A DNA stretch of 38,237 nt from a bacterium. Its GTDB lineage: Bacteria; Zhuqueibacterota; Zhuqueibacteria; Zhuqueibacterales; Zhuqueibacteraceae. The notes under the pieces are model-generated. The model was not told the origin of the DNA. It saw nothing but the letters and a program-made list of their open reading frames with translations, and searched no databases. How positions within the stretch are numbered: the stretch's first letter is position 1; every line of letters starts with the position of its first letter. The position numbers and the translations under genes were made by a program. Shown here piece by piece: positions 37,134 through 38,237 of the stretch. The stretch covers positions 1 through 38,237 of the forward strand of contig JBIOXB010000249.1 in assembly GCA_044869275.1 (NCBI GenBank), written 5' to 3'.

Positions 37134-37162
37134 AACTTAAGAAACAGAAAATGAAAAGGCAA
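37134..37162 (-). promoter_or_regulatory. Sigma70-type promoter TTGCCT-N17-TAAGTT
   Basis: Predicted +1 at about 37127, at the 5' end of the closing stem; A-rich sequence upstream. Confidence 0.6.
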
Positions 37163-37262
37163 ACTATTTTTTATGTCATCAGTTCGCCCGCATTTTGACC
37201 AAGGCACGAACACCTGAGAACGGATCTATTGCGAATACCAATACCCGCCTGCGGCGTCTGAA

Positions 37263-38024
37263 TCAGTTCTGGATCTTCGTCAGCTCTATTCGGCTGCCCC
37301 CTGCTTTGGGCTGAACTTCCAACACCTGACCTACTCCAGGCGCGTAGAATTTGAACTCACGCGCTCCTGGTTCAAGCGGCGTCCACTCCACCGTTTGCAG
37401 GCATTCTTCGTATGTCCCGTAGGGCACCTCGGCTTCCTCGGAAAGACTCACCACCTTCGCCATATCTTCGGCCACACCCTCGGCGAGCTCTTGCTGGTAC
37501 TTCGTCCCTACGGTTGGATTGGCCAGCATGATGATGCCGGGCTGCGCTCCATTAACGCCAGCCTCCCACGAACCCGCGGTGCTCACGACTTGGCCATCTT
37601 GGATTTCTTTGGAGTCCTCGCCAAAATACCAGACATTGCCATCTATGTCCTGGGCGAACCAATCGAAGGTATCTTCGATGAGCTCCCCATTGAGAAACGC
37701 CTGATCGTGCACGACGGTTGTGACCACCCCAAGGATGGTCTTGGTCTGCTTCGTCACCTCGACCACGATCTGCTCGAGGCCATCCTCGGTCTCGCCTTCG
37801 TACGTAAACACTTTCCCGGGCGTGAACGCGAGATAGGCGTTATCGATCACTGCGACGAAATCCTCGGGCTGGGGGAGCTCTGGCAGGCTTCCGGTGGACC
37901 CTGCTCCGGTTGGCGGTGTTAGGGGTGAGTTGACGGTTGAGGGGGTCGAGGAATCGGTCCCACAACTCGCAAGAAACGCGCTCGTTAGGACCGCCAGAAT
38001 GATCATGAACACGTTGCGATACAT
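37263..38024 (-). CDS. Uncharacterised lipoprotein
   Basis: SD aggagg; lipobox FLASC; Ser/Thr/Pro linker; beta-rich domain with IDNAY..., EDTFDWFAQD..GNVWYFGE, GSWEAG and KFYAPGVG. Confidence 0.85.
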   Translation of the reverse strand: MYRNVFMIILAVLTSAFLASCGTDSSTPSTVNSPLTPPTGAGSTGSLPELPQPEDFVAVIDNAYLAFTPGKVFTYEGETEDGLEQIVVEVTKQTKTILGVVTTVVHDQAFLNGELIEDTFDWFAQDIDGNVWYFGEDSKEIQDGQVVSTAGSWEAGVNGAQPGIIMLANPTVGTKYQQELAEGVAEDMAKVVSLSEEAEVPYGTYEECLQTVEWTPLEPGAREFKFYAPGVGQVLEVQPKAGGSRIELTKIQN

Positions 38025-38112
38025 TGCTTACCTCCTGTAATCTTGTGTGAAGATGAACGTCATCAATTCCCTCACTCTGGCTTTATCATTACCCTCGCAA
38101 AGCATAGACCAC

Positions 38113-38237
38113 TGTAGTGCACCCCATTTTTTGGACACAAAAAAGCCGGTTCTTAATGAACTTTGACTTCCGATTTGTTTTTTTGGTTCCAAACGGTTTC
38201 AAATTCGATCGGCGTCAAATAACCTAGAGCCGAATGA
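38113..38237 (-). mobile_element. Right end of an IS3-family insertion sequence (partial)
   Basis: Transposase C-terminus HSALGYLTPIEFETVWNQKNKSEVKVH* (38236-38153); terminal repeat tgtccaaaaaatggggtgcactaCA ending at 38113. Confidence 0.88.

Overview
A GC-rich chromosomal window from a diderm bacterium. Proteins ending in the '(Y/V)PNPFNP' secretion tail and the intergenic repeat families suggest an FCB-associated lineage such as KSB1, Calditrichota or Ignavibacteria (inference). From left to right: the start of an S8 peptidase, an atypical receiver protein, a CPBP protease, a TrmH methyltransferase and a PTS EIIA gene with a long structured leader; a surface-glycosylation operon (flippase, two methyltransferases, two GT4s, YfhO-type GT-C); a secreted propeller-LamG protein, an outer-membrane beta-barrel, YbjQ and a cluster of REP/MITE elements; a complete tol-pal operon divergent from an ECF sigma / zinc anti-sigma / DegP unit; SDR, YciI and rhodanese genes; a redoxin plus a heme-c copper monooxygenase; an HlyD + ABC ATPase pair with no permease; a catalytically dead M48-like coiled-coil protein, an Mth938-domain protein, a lipoprotein and the end of an IS3 element. 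The most interesting signals are non-coding: (1) a stand-alone 159-nt structured RNA at 36968-37126 (-) with its own promoter and terminator and a tRNA-Gly-like GCG...CGC-U-CCA end; (2) a ~245-nt structured leader of the EIIA gene; (3) a ~350-nt hairpin-rich + strand region at 25833-26185. All calls were made by eye; no searches were run.
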